Of a stretch of DNA of 52,701 nucleotides, positions 50,792 to 52,701 are shown one piece after another. This DNA comes from Thainema sp. (GTDB lineage Bacteria; Cyanobacteriota; Cyanobacteriia; Phormidesmidales; Phormidesmidaceae). The first letter of the stretch is position 1. Each line of letters begins with the position of its first letter. The notes beneath the pieces are model-generated. The model made no database searches. It was given only the letters and a program-made list of their open reading frames with translations, and was not told the origin of the DNA. A program made the translations under genes and the position numbers. The DNA lies in NCBI GenBank assembly GCA_052168235.1, contig JBQLZK010000053.1, forward strand, positions 1-52,701, read 5' to 3'.

Positions 50792-51049
50792 ATGACTGAC
50801 GAAAGCAATCCACAAGAGCAACCCAAGGTTTCACCGATTGAGGCGTTACGTCTAGAGCGGACAGAACTGACTCAGGATGAGTTGGCGGTTCGCTGTGGGA
50901 TTCCCCGTTCAACGTATCAGCGCTGGATTGCTGGCAAAACCGAGGCGAAGTTAAGCCCGCTGCAATTTAAGGCGCTTTGTCGAGAGTTGGGGATAGAACG
51001 AGTAGAAGAAATACCGGATCATTTTTCAGCGGATAAGTTATCTAGGTAG
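50792..51049 (+). CDS. XRE-family helix-turn-helix regulator
   Basis: LTQDELAVRCGIPRSTYQRWIAG; probable ATG at 50792. Confidence 0.85.
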   Translation: MTDESNPQEQPKVSPIEALRLERTELTQDELAVRCGIPRSTYQRWIAGKTEAKLSPLQFKALCRELGIERVEEIPDHFSADKLSR

Positions 51050-51204
51050 AAGATTAGGTCTACTAATGTTCATTTCCTGCTTTTTTGGCTAGATTTCCAT
51101 TTGGAAAATTTATATTTTGCACTAGAAAAAATACGCTCTTCGAGATTCCATTTAATCAGTAACTTGAATAAAGCAAGAATGAAAAATAGTCTCAATAAAA
51201 TTTT

Positions 51205-52656
51205 CTAATTAAGCGTTTGAATAAAAGCGATGCTAAAAACGATGATCAGCCGACCTAATGCTATGCCTAAAACTACAATTATGACTAAGTTAATAACGCC
51301 CCATTTCGTGTGCGGATGACGCCATCCCAAATGTTTAGAGGCAATCTTTAAGGATTGAATTTGTAGAAGAATTGCTTTTATAAACTTCCACGGATTCAAT
51401 GTAGACATATAAAGCCCCGCCAGATTGTTGAGGCTGGTGGCGACAGAGGGATGCTCCTGGCCTAATAAGCGTTTCTGCATCTCTAAGGCTTGCAGATAGA
51501 GCGGTTCGGCCTCTCCATAGCGCCCTTGAGACTCATAGAGCCCCGCCAGATTGTGGAGGCTGGTGGCGACAGAGAGATGCTCCTGGCCTAAACGTAGTTG
51601 GCTTTGTTGTAGCCCATACTCACACCAAATTTGGGCATCATCATACAAACCTTGATTCCAATAGAATCGGCAAATCCCCTCAAATAAAGCTTCCAAATCT
51701 TGATCGGCTACCGAATCTAAGGACTCTTTTGCTATTGTTTCAAGGTGTGCAATTTCTAGACTTAATCTATCGATGTCGGCAAGACTAGCGCCTTCTGGAA
51801 CAGATTGAGCTGTTTCAATTAGAGCATCAACAAATGCCTGTTGGATTTGATTCGCTTCTGTAGCATTGCATTGCTTGAGCCGTAAAAACTCGTGAATCAG
51901 CGGATGTAGCTTAAATCCATCGGCTTCAGCCGTTTGAATCAGATGTAGCTGATAGAGCTGATGTTTCGCTTCATTCAATGCTTGAGAATTCCAATCTAAT
52001 TGCTCAGCAGCCCTTTCTACTAAGCACCAAGGAATCGTATCCTCTGCAAATAAGCTCAGCAACCGCCCTACATTTTGCGCTGGGGCGGTGAGTTCTTGCC
52101 AACTCAATTCAAAGGCAGATCGCACTCCTTGCTGAGCTGTCATCACATATTTATCTGATCGCTGATTCAGGGCTTGATCTCGCAGGTTGGTTCGTAACTC
52201 AGCCAATTTGAGAAACGGCTTCTCAGCCAAATAGCGACCAACCAGTTCAATGCCTAACGGCAAATGCCCCAAATCCCCGCATAGTTCCTCAGCGATTTTT
52301 GCTTCGGCTTGTACTCGCCTATCACTAATCAGTTCTACTAACAGATCTATCGCGGCTGCTGGAGATAAAACATCCAATGATAACTCAAAAAATCCAGCAT
52401 CTAACTGGCGACGGCGAGTCGTGATCAAAACTCGAAACCGTTTCGGTAACTGCTGCACCAAATTTTGAAAGTTGGACTGCTCTGTCACATCATCCAAAAT
52501 CACCAAAACTTGCCCTTTGGCTTTCCACTGTTGCAAGCACCAGCGCACCTGAGTTGGGGTATCTAATGCTTTGCCGCCCACTTCGTTGGGAACCACCATA
52601 TTCAGCTCAAACTGAACAAATTCCAAAAGCTGTGGAATCAGTTCTTCCGGGAGCAC
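51205..52656 (-). CDS. NB-ARC/STAND-type protein with TPR repeats and a C-terminal TM segment; N-terminally truncated (possible pseudogene)
   Basis: Walker B VLVILDDV, LITTR, LGHLPLGI, LHPLIHEF; TPR ATSLHNLAGLYESQGRYGEAEPLY; no Walker A before the in-frame stop at 52699-52701. Confidence 0.75.
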   Translation of the reverse strand: MLPEELIPQLLEFVQFELNMVVPNEVGGKALDTPTQVRWCLQQWKAKGQVLVILDDVTEQSNFQNLVQQLPKRFRVLITTRRRQLDAGFFELSLDVLSPAAAIDLLVELISDRRVQAEAKIAEELCGDLGHLPLGIELVGRYLAEKPFLKLAELRTNLRDQALNQRSDKYVMTAQQGVRSAFELSWQELTAPAQNVGRLLSLFAEDTIPWCLVERAAEQLDWNSQALNEAKHQLYQLHLIQTAEADGFKLHPLIHEFLRLKQCNATEANQIQQAFVDALIETAQSVPEGASLADIDRLSLEIAHLETIAKESLDSVADQDLEALFEGICRFYWNQGLYDDAQIWCEYGLQQSQLRLGQEHLSVATSLHNLAGLYESQGRYGEAEPLYLQALEMQKRLLGQEHPSVATSLNNLAGLYMSTLNPWKFIKAILLQIQSLKIASKHLGWRHPHTKWGVINLVIIVVLGIALGRLIIVFSIAFIQTLN

Positions 52657-52701
52657 GTCATCCGCTGAGGAGATGAAAATATAATGGAGTGAGTGCCCTT
52701 A

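Overview
Chromosomal window from a cyanobacterium (abundant HIP1 octamer GCGATCGC, psaC, carboxysomal ccaA). Housekeeping and signalling genes (argS, mug, ybaK, ccaA, an HtrA-family protease, psaC, an hdrB-like gene, NAD kinase, rpsU, rbp, a CRP-family regulator, histidine kinases) are mixed with accessory genes. Two observations stand out. (1) Tandem membrane class III nucleotide cyclase genes (5912-9905) have lost complementary catalytic residues: one lacks the second metal Asp, the other lacks the Asn/Arg pair. This predicts an obligate heterodimeric cyclase like the mammalian C1/C2 pair. (2) A decayed type V-K-like CRISPR-associated transposon end (about 41946-43543) contains a mini-array, a degenerate repeat followed by a 17-nt spacer, and three TnsB-site-like repeats. 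That spacer matches (16/17, GGTG PAM) the psaC terminator region just outside the element rather than a tRNA gene, and the residual cargo is a frameshifted DISARM DrmD-like helicase. Also present: two paralogous FG-GAP/zinc-protease surface proteins in a HIP1-poor island, a giant acidic protein with an Hsp70/actin-like domain, several long hairpins and REP-like repeats, an unannotated 47-aa ORF and a 5'-truncated NB-ARC/TPR gene. All family calls come from motif recognition by eye; no database searches were run.
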